This document shows positions 30,053-41,358 of a stretch of DNA of 56,357 nt, piece by piece. Source of the stretch: an uncultured Gammaproteobacteria bacterium. Lineage in GTDB: Bacteria; Pseudomonadota; Gammaproteobacteria; UBA9214. Each line of letters starts with the position of its first letter. Within the stretch, counting starts at the first letter, position 1. A program made the translations under genes and the position numbers. The notes under the pieces are model-generated. The model searched no databases and had not been told where the DNA came from. It saw only the letters and a program-made list of their open reading frames with translations. Location: positions 1-56,357 of the forward strand of contig CAWHCQ010000030.1 in assembly GCA_963827755.1 (NCBI GenBank), given 5' to 3'.

Positions 30053-31507
30053 TCACTCAAATCCTTCAGGGGTGCGTGCATGCCAGTCAGTCACCTGCTG
30101 GTACTGGTGACCTGTATTCAGCAGCTGGCCTTCCCTGAAGTAGTTACCAATCACATGCAGGCCCACGGGCATATTGCCTGCAAAACCGGCAGGTATGGAC
30201 ATGGCCGGCAAACCGGCAAGGTTCACGGCAATCGTATAGATGTCAGAAAGATACATGCTCACCGGGTCATCCGCCTTCGCCCCCAGCTCAAAGGCCACGG
30301 TCGGTGCCGTCGGACCCATGATGACATCGACGTCCTTGAAGGCGCGCACGAAATCCTCGCGGATCAATCGCCGCACCTGTTGCGCCTTCAGGTAGTAGGC
30401 GTCGTAGTATCCGGCAGACAGTGCATAGGTGCCGATCAGGATGCGGCGCTTGACCTCCGCGCCGAAACCCTCGCCGCGCGAGCGTGTGTACAGGTCCTCC
30501 AGGTCTTGCGGGTTTTCAGCCCGGTGCCCGAAACGTACGCCGTCAAAACGGGACAGGTTGGATGAACATTCCGCAGGTGCCACGACATAGTATGTCGGCA
30601 CTGACAGGTGCGTATTCGGCAGGCTGATCTCTGTGAGCGTGGCACCCATTTTTTCAAACTCCTTCAGTGCCGCCTCCACAACCGTGCCGACTGCACCATC
30701 CAGTCCTTCGCCAAAGTACTCTTTTGGCAGGCCTATCTTCAGTCCCTGAAGGGACTTGTCCAGGTCAGCCCGGTAGTCATCGCTCGGCCTTTGAATGCTG
30801 GTCGAGTCACGTTCGTCGTAACCGGCCATGGCACCGAGCATAATGGCTGCATCTTCCGCGGTGCGGGCAAATGGCCCGCCCTGGTCAAGACTGGATGCAA
30901 AAGCAATCATGCCGTAGCGTGACACACAACCATAGGTCGGTTTTATCCCGGTGATGCCGCATAATGCCGCCGGCTGGCGAATCGAACCGCCGGTATCCGT
31001 GCCGGTACTGACAGGCACCAGGCGTGCTGCAACCGCCGCCGCCGAGCCGCCCGAAGAGCCGCCGGGTACCGTTGCCGGGTTCCATGGATTTTTCACCGGC
31101 CCGTAAAAGCTGGTCTCGTTCGAAGACCCCATGGCAAACTCGTCCATGTTGGTCTTGCCGAGCATCACCGCACCGGCATCCAGCAGCTTGCGGGTAACCG
31201 TCGCGTCGTAGGGTGCAATGAAATTATCCAGCATCTTCGAGCCACAGCTGGTCTTTACGCCGCGGGTACAGAAAATATCCTTGTGCGCAAACGGAATGCC
31301 GGTAAGCGGGCCGGCATCGCCGGCCTTGATGCGCGCATCCGCCATCCGTGCCGCCTCCAGCGCCGGTTCTTCGGTCACGCTGATAAAGCAATTGAGCTGC
31401 TCATCGAAGCGGCTGACGCGATCCAGGCAGGCTCGGGTAAGCTCCTCGCTGGAGAAGCTGCCCGCTTGCAGGCCGGTCGAGAGTTCTACAAGACTTTTCT
31501 GATGCAT
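30053..31507 (-). CDS. gatA: Asp/Glu-tRNA amidotransferase subunit A
   Basis: [23 protein letters not shown] and [10 protein letters not shown]. Confidence 0.97.
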   Translation of the reverse strand: MHQKSLVELSTGLQAGSFSSEELTRACLDRVSRFDEQLNCFISVTEEPALEAARMADARIKAGDAGPLTGIPFAHKDIFCTRGVKTSCGSKMLDNFIAPYDATVTRKLLDAGAVMLGKTNMDEFAMGSSNETSFYGPVKNPWNPATVPGGSSGGSAAAVAARLVPVSTGTDTGGSIRQPAALCGITGIKPTYGCVSRYGMIAFASSLDQGGPFARTAEDAAIMLGAMAGYDERDSTSIQRPSDDYRADLDKSLQGLKIGLPKEYFGEGLDGAVGTVVEAALKEFEKMGATLTEISLPNTHLSVPTYYVVAPAECSSNLSRFDGVRFGHRAENPQDLEDLYTRSRGEGFGAEVKRRILIGTYALSAGYYDAYYLKAQQVRRLIREDFVRAFKDVDVIMGPTAPTVAFELGAKADDPVSMYLSDIYTIAVNLAGLPAMSIPAGFAGNMPVGLHVIGNYFREGQLLNTGHQYQQVTDWHARTPEGFE

Positions 31508-31539
31508 GGCTTTGTTGATAAACAGTACTGGATGTCGGG

Positions 31540-31827
31540 TTACTCGATGACTTGCGGGACGAGATACAGGCCGGATTCAGTCAACGGTGCAATGCCCTGG
31601 AAATTTTCGCGTTCATTCGTCTCCCTGACCTCATCGGGGCGCAACCGCTGGGCTGCTTCAAACGGATGCGCCAAGGGCTCTACACCCGAGGTATCCACGG
31701 CATTCAACTGCTCGACGAATGCCAGGATATCCGACAGGTTACGGGTGTATTCCGGGATATCCGCCGTCTCGATACCGAGCCTTGCCAGGTGGGCTATTTT
31801 TTCTACATCCGAGACATCCAGTGCCAT
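31540..31827 (-). CDS. gatC: Asp/Glu-tRNA amidotransferase subunit C
   Basis: [19 protein letters not shown] and LYLVPQVIE. Confidence 0.96.
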   Translation of the reverse strand: MALDVSDVEKIAHLARLGIETADIPEYTRNLSDILAFVEQLNAVDTSGVEPLAHPFEAAQRLRPDEVRETNERENFQGIAPLTESGLYLVPQVIE

Positions 31828-32022
31828 GCTGACTCCAAAAATCGTTTATCCTGCGAAAAACAGGGGCGCAACGGTAGCACAATTGCCAGTCAAGGACAGC
31901 ACTGCACGCACGCCGTGGCCGCTGCTGATTTTACGATATCCTGCTTATTTCCTTGCTCATAACGCTCCCCGTTGATAGATTACCCGCTTCCTTTTTCACC
32001 GACCTTGACGGATCTGTACTGA

Positions 32023-33072
<1,050 letters not shown>

Positions 33073-33158
33073 ACACCACCCTGCTGATACGCTAGAATAC
33101 TGCCCTGGAAAGGGGCAGAAGACCTGCCCGGTAATACCATTGCTTCACGGGGTGTCCC

Positions 33159-34070
33159 ATCAAGCTGATTTTCACACAAGGCCCTTCCATTACGGCGCGA
33201 CTGATCGTGTTTGTGTTGCTGTCCACTGTACTCATGGTCATGGACCACCGCTACCAGAACCTCGAGTCGGTTCGCTCGGCTCTTTCCGTGGTTGTCTACC
33301 CGCTGCAACTGGCTATCGAGTTGCCGGGATCGATATCAGACTGGTTTGGCGAATCGCTTTCCTCACGCCGGGAACTGCAGGAAGAAAACGTCAGCCTGCG
33401 CACCCAGCAGGTCATGCAAAAAGTGCAGATGCAGAAACTCGCTGCACTCGAAGCCGAGAATATACGCCTGCGCGGACTGCTCGGTGCTTCATTCGAAGTC
33501 GGCGAGAAACGATTGATCGCGGAGTTAATGTCGGTCAACCTCGATCCTTACAAGCACCAGATCGTCATCAACAAGGGAACGCTCGATGATGTCTTTCCCG
33601 GCCAGCCGATACTTGATGCCGACGGCGTCATGGGACAAATCGTCCACGCCGGGCCCTATACCTCGACCGCCATACTGATCACCGATACATCACACGCCAT
33701 CCCGGTACAGGTAAACCGCAACGGTTTGCGCACCATCGCGATCGGCAGCGGCACGATCAACCGGCTGGAACTGCCCTATATACCGAATAATTCAGACATC
33801 CTGCCGGGTGACCTGCTGATTACGTCCGGACTTGGCGGACGCTTTCCGCCCGGTTACCCGGTCGCAAAAGTAGGCGCTGTACAACACGACCCTGGACGTT
33901 CATTTGCCCAGGTCGTCGCGGAACCACTGGCACATTTAAACCGCAGTCGCGAGGTCCTGCTGGTCTGGCCGGGTGAAATTACCGTACTGGAACCAACAGC
34001 TCCGGCGGACATCGGTGACCCTGGTACACCCGTCGAGGCCGCTGTCGAAGCCACCGGGGAAACACCATGA
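33159..34070 (+). CDS. mreC: Rod shape-determining protein MreC (probable ATC start)
   Basis: ENIRLRGLL, INKG and TSGLGGRFPPGYPVA. The N-terminus IKLIFTQGPS extends upstream of the GTG at 33207. Confidence 0.93.
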   Translation: MKLIFTQGPSITARLIVFVLLSTVLMVMDHRYQNLESVRSALSVVVYPLQLAIELPGSISDWFGESLSSRRELQEENVSLRTQQVMQKVQMQKLAALEAENIRLRGLLGASFEVGEKRLIAELMSVNLDPYKHQIVINKGTLDDVFPGQPILDADGVMGQIVHAGPYTSTAILITDTSHAIPVQVNRNGLRTIAIGSGTINRLELPYIPNNSDILPGDLLITSGLGGRFPPGYPVAKVGAVQHDPGRSFAQVVAEPLAHLNRSREVLLVWPGEITVLEPTAPADIGDPGTPVEAAVEATGETP

Positions 34071-34555
34071 AGCTTGCAAAACACCATGGTGGCGTGGTTA
34101 TCATTATCACCTTTATCATTGCGCTGTTACTGACCATCATTCCACTGCCTGACTCGTTGCGCTACGTGCGCCCCGACTGGGTCGGGCTGGTACTTATCTA
34201 CTGGTGCCTTGCCCTGCCTGACCGTGTCGGCGTCAGCACGGGCTGGCTGACAGGTTTGCTGGTTGACCTGCTTACCGGCACGCTGCTTGGTCAACATGCA
34301 CTGTCACTTTGCGTGGTCGCGTGGCTGACACTGAAATTCCATCAACGTGTGCGTCTGTTTCCGGTCTGGCAACAGGCTATTACCGTGATGGCCCTGTTGA
34401 TCGTCCACCAGCTGCTGGCGCTCTGGATAAGTCGCATCATCGGACGCCCCGGCGCACCCTGGTATGTGTGGATGCCTGCAATCACGGGCATGTTGATCTG
34501 GCCCCTGGTATTTACCCTGTTACGGGAAGTACGCCGCGGATTCCGGGTCGATTAA
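34067..34555 (+). CDS. mreD: Rod shape-determining protein MreD
   Basis: RPDWVGLVLIYW and GLLVDLLTGTLLGQHAL. Confidence 0.95.
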   Translation: MKLAKHHGGVVIIITFIIALLLTIIPLPDSLRYVRPDWVGLVLIYWCLALPDRVGVSTGWLTGLLVDLLTGTLLGQHALSLCVVAWLTLKFHQRVRLFPVWQQAITVMALLIVHQLLALWISRIIGRPGAPWYVWMPAITGMLIWPLVFTLLREVRRGFRVD

Positions 34556-34564
34556 ACAGCCTTT

Positions 34565-36415
34565 ATGCTGCAGCAACTTCCCTTAAAAGATCATTTCCTC
34601 GAAACCCGGCTGTTCATGGGGCGTGTCATTGCGTCGATTATTATCGGCTGCATCATGCTCCTGATCCTGCTCGGCCGGCTCTGGTATCTGCAGGTCATCG
34701 AACATGAACATTTCACGACTCTGTCGGAAGACAACCGCGTCAAGCTGCAGCCGATCCCGCCCAATCGCGGCCTGGTCTACGATCGCAATGGTACGCTGAT
34801 GGCTGAAAACCTGCCGTCCTACCGGCTGGAAATCACCCCGGAACAGGTCGATGACATGCGTGCAACGCTTTCGGCCCTTGGGGAGATTATAGAAATCCGC
34901 GAGGCCGACCGGGGCCGTTTCGAGAAACTTTCAAACCGCAAACCGCGATTCGAAGCGATCCCGCTGCGATTTCATTTAAATGACAGGGAGGTCGCACAAT
35001 TTTCCGTTAATCGTCACAGGTTTCCCGGCGTCGAGATCACCGCGGGCCTGGCCCGCCATTACCCGCACGGAGATCTCGCAGCGCACGCACTCGGATATGT
35101 GAGTCGAATCGACGAACAGGCACTGAAAATACTCGATGCTTCAAATTACCGCGGCACAACACATGTCGGGAAAACCGGCCTTGAAAAGACCTATGAATCG
35201 CTGCTCCATGGCACGGTCGGCTACCAGCAGGTGGAAACTACAGCACAGGGCCGGGTACTGCGGGTACTCAAGCGCACGTCGCCCGTTTCCGGTCGCAACC
35301 TCTACATGACCCTGGATCTCAAGGTACAGACCGCTGCCATCCAGGCCTTTGGCGACTTCTCGGGCTCTGCGGTCGCAATCAACCCGAAAAACGGTGATAT
35401 CCTCGCGGCAGTCAGTCTGCCGGGCTTTGACCCGGATGCTTTTGTCAACGGCATTGATTATGACGACTATGGTGCCCTGAAGGACGACGCTAGAGAGCCC
35501 CTGTTCAACCGCGCCCTGCGCGGTCAGTATCCGCCGGGATCAACCATCAAACCCTTCATGGGCCTGGCCGGACTGGAACAGGGAATAACCGGCAGATATT
35601 CAGCGACCTACTGTCCGGGTTTCTACAGCCTGCCGGGCAATACCCGCAAATACCGTGACTGGAAACGCAAAGGCCACGGCACCGTCAGCCTGTATGCCGC
35701 CATCGTGCAGTCATGCGACGTATATTTCTACGACCTTGCGAGATCTCTGGGCATTGACCGTATCCATGATTACCTGGGGCATTTCGGATTTGGCAGACTC
35801 ACCGGTGTTGATATCCAGGGAGAATTGCCCGGGCTGTTACCCTCGAAGGAATGGAAGCGACGGCGCCGTGACCAACCCTGGTTTCCCGGCGAGACCGTCA
35901 TCACCGGCATAGGCCAGGGATTCTTCCTGGTAACGCCCCTGCAACTGGCGGCCGCAACGGCAACCCTGGCCAACAATGGCCTGGTAATGAGGCCAAAGAT
36001 CGTACATGCTGAACAGGAGGCGAACCGCGACGACCTCATTCCACATCACCCGGAACCGGTTGAAACCATTACAATCAATAACCAGGAACACTGGGATGCC
36101 GTCATCGAAGCCATGACGGATGTCGTCCACAGTCCGCGCGGGACTGCGCGCAAGATCGGAGAAGACAGCCCTTACCGGATCGCCGGGAAAACCGGCACTG
36201 CACAGGTCTACGGTCTCAAGCAAGAGGAAAAGTACGATGCGGCAACCATTGAAAACAAATTACGTGACCACGCACTTTTTATCGGATTTGCACCGGTAGA
36301 TGACCCGCAGATTGCGGTGGCTGTCATCGTCGAAAATGGCGGTGGTGGTGGATCGGTAGCGGCTCCGATCGCCCGCACCATCATGGATGCATATCTGCAG
36401 GGCGTATTACCATGA
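34565..36415 (+). CDS. mrdA: Penicillin-binding protein 2
   Basis: YPPGSTIKP (SxxK), SCD and KTGTAQ. Confidence 0.96.
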   Translation: MLQQLPLKDHFLETRLFMGRVIASIIIGCIMLLILLGRLWYLQVIEHEHFTTLSEDNRVKLQPIPPNRGLVYDRNGTLMAENLPSYRLEITPEQVDDMRATLSALGEIIEIREADRGRFEKLSNRKPRFEAIPLRFHLNDREVAQFSVNRHRFPGVEITAGLARHYPHGDLAAHALGYVSRIDEQALKILDASNYRGTTHVGKTGLEKTYESLLHGTVGYQQVETTAQGRVLRVLKRTSPVSGRNLYMTLDLKVQTAAIQAFGDFSGSAVAINPKNGDILAAVSLPGFDPDAFVNGIDYDDYGALKDDAREPLFNRALRGQYPPGSTIKPFMGLAGLEQGITGRYSATYCPGFYSLPGNTRKYRDWKRKGHGTVSLYAAIVQSCDVYFYDLARSLGIDRIHDYLGHFGFGRLTGVDIQGELPGLLPSKEWKRRRRDQPWFPGETVITGIGQGFFLVTPLQLAAATATLANNGLVMRPKIVHAEQEANRDDLIPHHPEPVETITINNQEHWDAVIEAMTDVVHSPRGTARKIGEDSPYRIAGKTGTAQVYGLKQEEKYDAATIENKLRDHALFIGFAPVDDPQIAVAVIVENGGGGGSVAAPIARTIMDAYLQGVLP

Positions 36416-37530
36416 ATATCAGCCCGCATCGTGAAGATGCCAGCCTGCGCAGCTGGCAATACCGGTTGCACCTCGATGCCCCGTTGCTGATCACCCTCTT
36501 CTGCGTATCCATGCTGGGGCTGATCGTTCTCTACAGTGCCAGCGGCGGCGACATATCGCTGGTCGAAGGCCAGCTGATCCGTCTCGGCCTCGCCTTTGCG
36601 GGAATGTGTATAGTTGCCCAGTTCCACCCGCGGCTGTTACGACGCTTGACCCCGTGGATATTTGTTATCGGCATCCTCCTGCTGGTGGCCGTACTCCAGG
36701 GAGGAGAATCAAGCGGTGGCGCACAACGCTGGCTGAATCTCTACGTGATCCGTTTCCAACCATCCGAAATGATGAAGCTGGCCGTACCCATGATGGTGGC
36801 ATGGTACCTGGCCGATGCACGGCTCCCGCCAAACCGCTGGCAGCTACTGGGTTCCGCCTTCCTTATCGCTGTACCCATGTTGATGATAGCCAAACAACCG
36901 GATCTCGGTACCGCCCTGCTGATTGGCAGTGCCGGTTTTTTTGCCCTGTTTCTTGCCGGTCTGCAATGGCGCCTGCTGGGATTTCTCACGCTACTGGGGG
37001 CGGCGATGGCCCCGTTGTTATGGCATTTCATGCACGATTACCAGCGTCAGCGGGTGATCACGTTTCTCAGCCCGGAGAACGACCCCCTGGGCACCGGGTA
37101 CCATATTATCCAGTCGAAGATTGCCATCGGCTCCGGCGGCCTGTTCGGCAAGGGCTGGCTGAACGGGACGCAATCGCAGCTGAATTTCCTGCCGGAGCGG
37201 TCCACGGACTTCATTTTTGCGGTATTGGGCGAGGAATTCGGTTTCTTCGGCATCCTGCTGCTGTTTTGCTTCTACATCATCATCGTGGTGCGCGGCATCA
37301 TGATCTCGATCCAGGCACAGGATACCTTTACACGCCTGTTGGCGGGCAGCCTGTCGATGACCTTCTTTATCTACGTCATCATCAATACCGGGATGGTCAC
37401 CGGACTGCTGCCGGTCGTGGGCCTGCCCTTGCCCATGATCAGTTACGGAGGCACCTCCATCGTTACACTGATGGCCGGTTTCGGTATCCTCATGTCGATA
37501 CAGACACATCGCAAACTGCTGGCTACGTAG
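36412..37530 (+). CDS. rodA: SEDS glycosyltransferase RodA
   Basis: GAQRW, FQPSE, QPDLGT, GYHIIQSKIAIGSGG and ISYGGTS. Confidence 0.96.
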   Translation: MNISPHREDASLRSWQYRLHLDAPLLITLFCVSMLGLIVLYSASGGDISLVEGQLIRLGLAFAGMCIVAQFHPRLLRRLTPWIFVIGILLLVAVLQGGESSGGAQRWLNLYVIRFQPSEMMKLAVPMMVAWYLADARLPPNRWQLLGSAFLIAVPMLMIAKQPDLGTALLIGSAGFFALFLAGLQWRLLGFLTLLGAAMAPLLWHFMHDYQRQRVITFLSPENDPLGTGYHIIQSKIAIGSGGLFGKGWLNGTQSQLNFLPERSTDFIFAVLGEEFGFFGILLLFCFYIIIVVRGIMISIQAQDTFTRLLAGSLSMTFFIYVIINTGMVTGLLPVVGLPLPMISYGGTSIVTLMAGFGILMSIQTHRKLLAT

Positions 37531-37583
37531 CCTGTAATTAAGTGCTAGAATGCCTGCTGAAAATATTCCTGATAGCGATATAA

Positions 37584-38615
37584 ATGCTTCTAAAAAGCTT
37601 TAATGCAGTTTTTCTGCTCCTTCTGATGGCGCTGCCTTCAGCCTGCAAGTTGTCGATGGCAAAACCGACACCGGCAAATTATGCGGCAAACCCGGATACC
37701 CAGGTATTTATCGGGGAGATGGTTGCCCGCCACGGCTTCAACAGGACGGAACTGGTCAAGCTGTTCAGTCAGGCACAGCGCCGCGATGACATCCTCGTGT
37801 TGATGAGTAAACCGGCCGAGAAACGGCTGCGCTGGTTTGAATATCGAAAAATATTCCTCACGCAGGACCGCATTGAAGGGGGTGCCGCCTTCTGGAAAAA
37901 ACATGTCAAAATACTTGACCGGGCCGCGGCAAGCTTCGGCGTGGACCCGCAAATCATTGTTGCCATCATCGGGGTGGAAACCCGCTACGGCAAGATTACC
38001 GGCAGGCACCGGGTTCTGGACGCCCTCTCCACCCTGGCCTTCGACTACCCGCCGCGCAGCAAGTTTTTCCGCAAGGAACTCGAGCAATACCTGCTTCTCT
38101 GGCGGGAAGAAGACATTGATTTAGTCGGCACCAGGGGCTCTTATGCTGGCGCCATGGGCTATGGCCAGTTCATCCCGAGCAGCTACAGGGCCTACTCCGT
38201 GGACTTCGATCTCGACGGAAAGCGTGATTTATGGAACAGCCCGGATGATATTATCGGCAGCGTCGCCAATTATTTCCGGGTACACGGCTGGGAGCCTGGC
38301 GGACCGGTTGCCATACCCGCCAGCGTCAGCGGCGAAAAACACCAGGCAATCCTCGACCTGGGTTACAAACCCGGCACCATGCTGGGTATAATGCGCCGGG
38401 AGGGGATAATACCTGTCAAATCATTGCCCGACAGCCTGATCGGCGCATTGCTGTCATTTGAACAACAGGATGGCCCGGAATACTGGATTGGATTCAATAA
38501 TTTTTATGTAATAACCCGTTACAATCACAGCCCGCTTTATGCCATGGCGGTATACCAACTGAGTGAGAAAATTCGAGAAGCATATGAACAGAATCCACAG
38601 AATCTGTATGACTGA
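37584..38615 (+). CDS. mltB: Lytic murein transglycosylase B
   Basis: [26 protein letters not shown] and [18 protein letters not shown]. Confidence 0.95.
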   Translation: MLLKSFNAVFLLLLMALPSACKLSMAKPTPANYAANPDTQVFIGEMVARHGFNRTELVKLFSQAQRRDDILVLMSKPAEKRLRWFEYRKIFLTQDRIEGGAAFWKKHVKILDRAAASFGVDPQIIVAIIGVETRYGKITGRHRVLDALSTLAFDYPPRSKFFRKELEQYLLLWREEDIDLVGTRGSYAGAMGYGQFIPSSYRAYSVDFDLDGKRDLWNSPDDIIGSVANYFRVHGWEPGGPVAIPASVSGEKHQAILDLGYKPGTMLGIMRREGIIPVKSLPDSLIGALLSFEQQDGPEYWIGFNNFYVITRYNHSPLYAMAVYQLSEKIREAYEQNPQNLYD

Positions 38616-41278
38616 CCCGTTACGAGCCGGGCACAAGGCCTTCACCCGAACAGTTTGGCTGTTTTCGGGTATTGCAGTTGCAGCGGCCCTGTTTACAGGC
38701 TGCTCATTACTCGACCAGGACAGCCCTGATGCATTGATGCCTCCCGAAGTGATTGACGTCAGCAATGTACCAAACGCCACACCCGAGCCCCTGCCTTTAA
38801 GCAAGTATGGAAACCCGACGTCCTATGTCGTCGCCGGCAAACGCTATTACACCATGCCTGCCAGCACCGGCTACAAGGAAACCGGCATAGCCTCCTGGTA
38901 TGGAACAGAGTCCCAGGGAAAGCGCACGTCCAGTGGTGAGGTATACGATAACTACGGCATGACGGCGGCACATCGCACCTTGCCGTTACCGAGCTTCGTA
39001 CAGGTCACCAACAAGCAGAACGGACGCTCGGTCATCGTCAAGATCAATGATCGTGGACCGTTCCACAATAATCGCCTGATCGAATTGTCCTACGTCGCCG
39101 CAGTCAAACTGGGCATTGTTGGCTACGGCACCGGTCTTGTTGAAGTAACCTCTATTAACCCCGATGACTACAAACAGGAACCGGGGCAGATCCTGCGTGA
39201 GGCAAGCAAAGACCTGTATCTGCAGGCAGGTGCATTCCGGGTAAGGAAGAACGCAGAACGCCAGCGCGCCGACATCGTGGCAAACGGCCTCGGACCGGCC
39301 AGCATCATCGAACCCTCCTTGACAAGCAGCCTGTACGCCGTACAGGTTGGCCCGTTCAAGGACGCCGCCGCGGCAGAAAAGGTTGCCAGCGCCCTCAAGC
39401 CAATGGGTATCAATGCCATAACCCACTACGAAGGAGATACTGCGGGGATAGCCGGCGAAGACCGTGTTGCCATGCAGACAGGCACAGCAAAACCCCGGCC
39501 TGCAAGCGTCGAAACTGAAACCGTGGCCATGGAAACCGGCACGGCGGAACCCCGGGCCGACGATGCAGGGACAAGCAAGTGGAAGTTCTGGCAATGGTTA
39601 CCGGGATTGCTGAAACCCGCTGCCAGCGTGCCCGCCGATGCGGCAATGGAAACAACTGTCGCTGCGGCTGCTAAAGCAATACCCGAGAGCAGCATGCCTG
39701 CGGAAACAACGGCGAACAGGATGACTGCGGCTGAGGAACCGGCCCCTGAAAGCAGCGAACCCGAAGTCGTGGCCATGACAACGGACACGGCCGAACCCGT
39801 GGGCCGAGGCCGGAAAGAGCAAGTGGAAGTTCTGGCAATGGCGGCCGGCAAAGACTGAGCCAGCAACCGCTGCGCCCGCTGCGGCAATGGAAACAAGCGT
39901 CGCAGCGGCTGCCAAGGCAGTACCCGAAAGCAGCATGCCCGCGGAAACAACCGCGAACAGGATGACTGCGGCTGCGGAACCGGCAGCTGAAAGCAGCGAA
40001 CCCGAAGTCGTGGCCATGACAACGGACACGGCCGAACCCGTGGCCGGGGCCGAGGCCGGAAAGAGCAAGTGGAAGTTCTGGCAATGGCGGCCGGCAAAGA
40101 CTGAGCCAGCAACCACTGCCACCGCCGCAACGACAATGGATACAGTAACGGCAACCGCGGAAACAGAAGCCGAGGTCGGCATGCCTGCCGGGCCAGCAAC
40201 GAACCTGGTTACCGAGGCTGCGGAATCAATACCCGAAAGCAGCGAAACCGAGGTCGTGGCAATGACAACGGACACAGCCGAACCCGCGGGCCGAGGCCGC
40301 GGACAGAGCAAGTGGAAGTTCTGGCAATGGCGGCCGGCAAAGGCTAAACCGGCAACCACAATGGACACAATGACTGCGGCCGCAGAAGCAGAACCCGAGG
40401 CCGGTCAAGCGGAAGTCGCGGCCATGGAAACAGTCGCAGCGCAACCTGCGCCAGCACCCGTGGCCCGCAAGGCTAAAGCCGTGGCCATGGCGCCAACGCC
40501 GTCTGCACCGCAGGATATGTCAGCGGTGTATATGCAAACAGGTGCCTTCCGCCTGCGTGAGAATGCAGAGCGTTTACGTCCCAGTGTCGAGGCCCTGGCA
40601 CCCGGCGCCTTCAAGGTCATCCAGACCAGCGGAGCACGGACACTCTACAAGATCGAAATCGGCCCGCTTGCGGGTACCGCGGAAGCCTTGCGCGTCAGGC
40701 GTGAACTCAAGGCAGTCGGCATCAACCCGAAAATCGTGGATAGCCCTGCCGGCGACAGCATGATGGCCTCAGCACAAACGTACAGGGCTCAACCGCTACG
40801 CTCTGTTGAGAAACCTGCTGCACCTGTCGAAAAACCTGCAACCCCTGCCAGGGAAACGGTTGCCGCGAAGCCGGTAGAATACAAATACGCCACACCGGAA
40901 CCTGCAAAGCCGTCTAAACGCCCCGCCGTTAGCGCAGCGGCGAAGCCGATGGAGCAGGTGCGTGCAACCATTCCGGTCGCCCGCCCGGAACCGGCACCGG
41001 CACCCGTTCGGCGCGGCAAGAAATCGCTCTACCAGCAGGCAGGCGCCTTCGCTCGCAGCAACAATGCAACGCGTCTGCGCACGAAGATAGTCGACAAGAC
41101 GCACGAGCCAACCGAAATCGTACAGGAACCAACCGAACTGCCGGCCAGGGGCCTGGTAAATCTGCACAAGGTGCAGGTGGGTCCATTGCAGAACAAAACC
41201 GAAGCGATGGAAGTCAAACGGGCCCTGATTCCACTAGGTGTCACTGACAGCTTCCCCGTATATCGCGAGAAGAAATAG
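38608..41278 (+). CDS. rlpA: RlpA-family septal lipoprotein, greatly expanded (DPBB + 3 SPOR + W-rich repeats), split by a frameshift near 39800
   Basis: Lipobox FTGC; [28 protein letters not shown]; three SPOR domains. ORFs 38563-39858 and 39887-41278 join across one indel inside a tandem repeat. Confidence 0.85.
39520..40390 (+). repeat. Intragenic tandem repeat, ~243-246-nt period, four SKWKFWQW units
   Basis: agcaagtggaagttctggcaatgg at 39574, 39818, 40064 and 40307. Confidence 0.9.
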
Positions 41279-41358
41279 TCACCGGGAATATATTTTCTCA
41301 TGACCCCTGCGGACATTGTCCGCAGGGGTCTATCCCCGCAAGCTGATAGATAAAGAGT

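Noticed and set aside
39520-40390. CRISPR-like 24-bp repeats
   Set aside because: The ~245-nt spacers are similar to each other and are protein-coding within rlpA.
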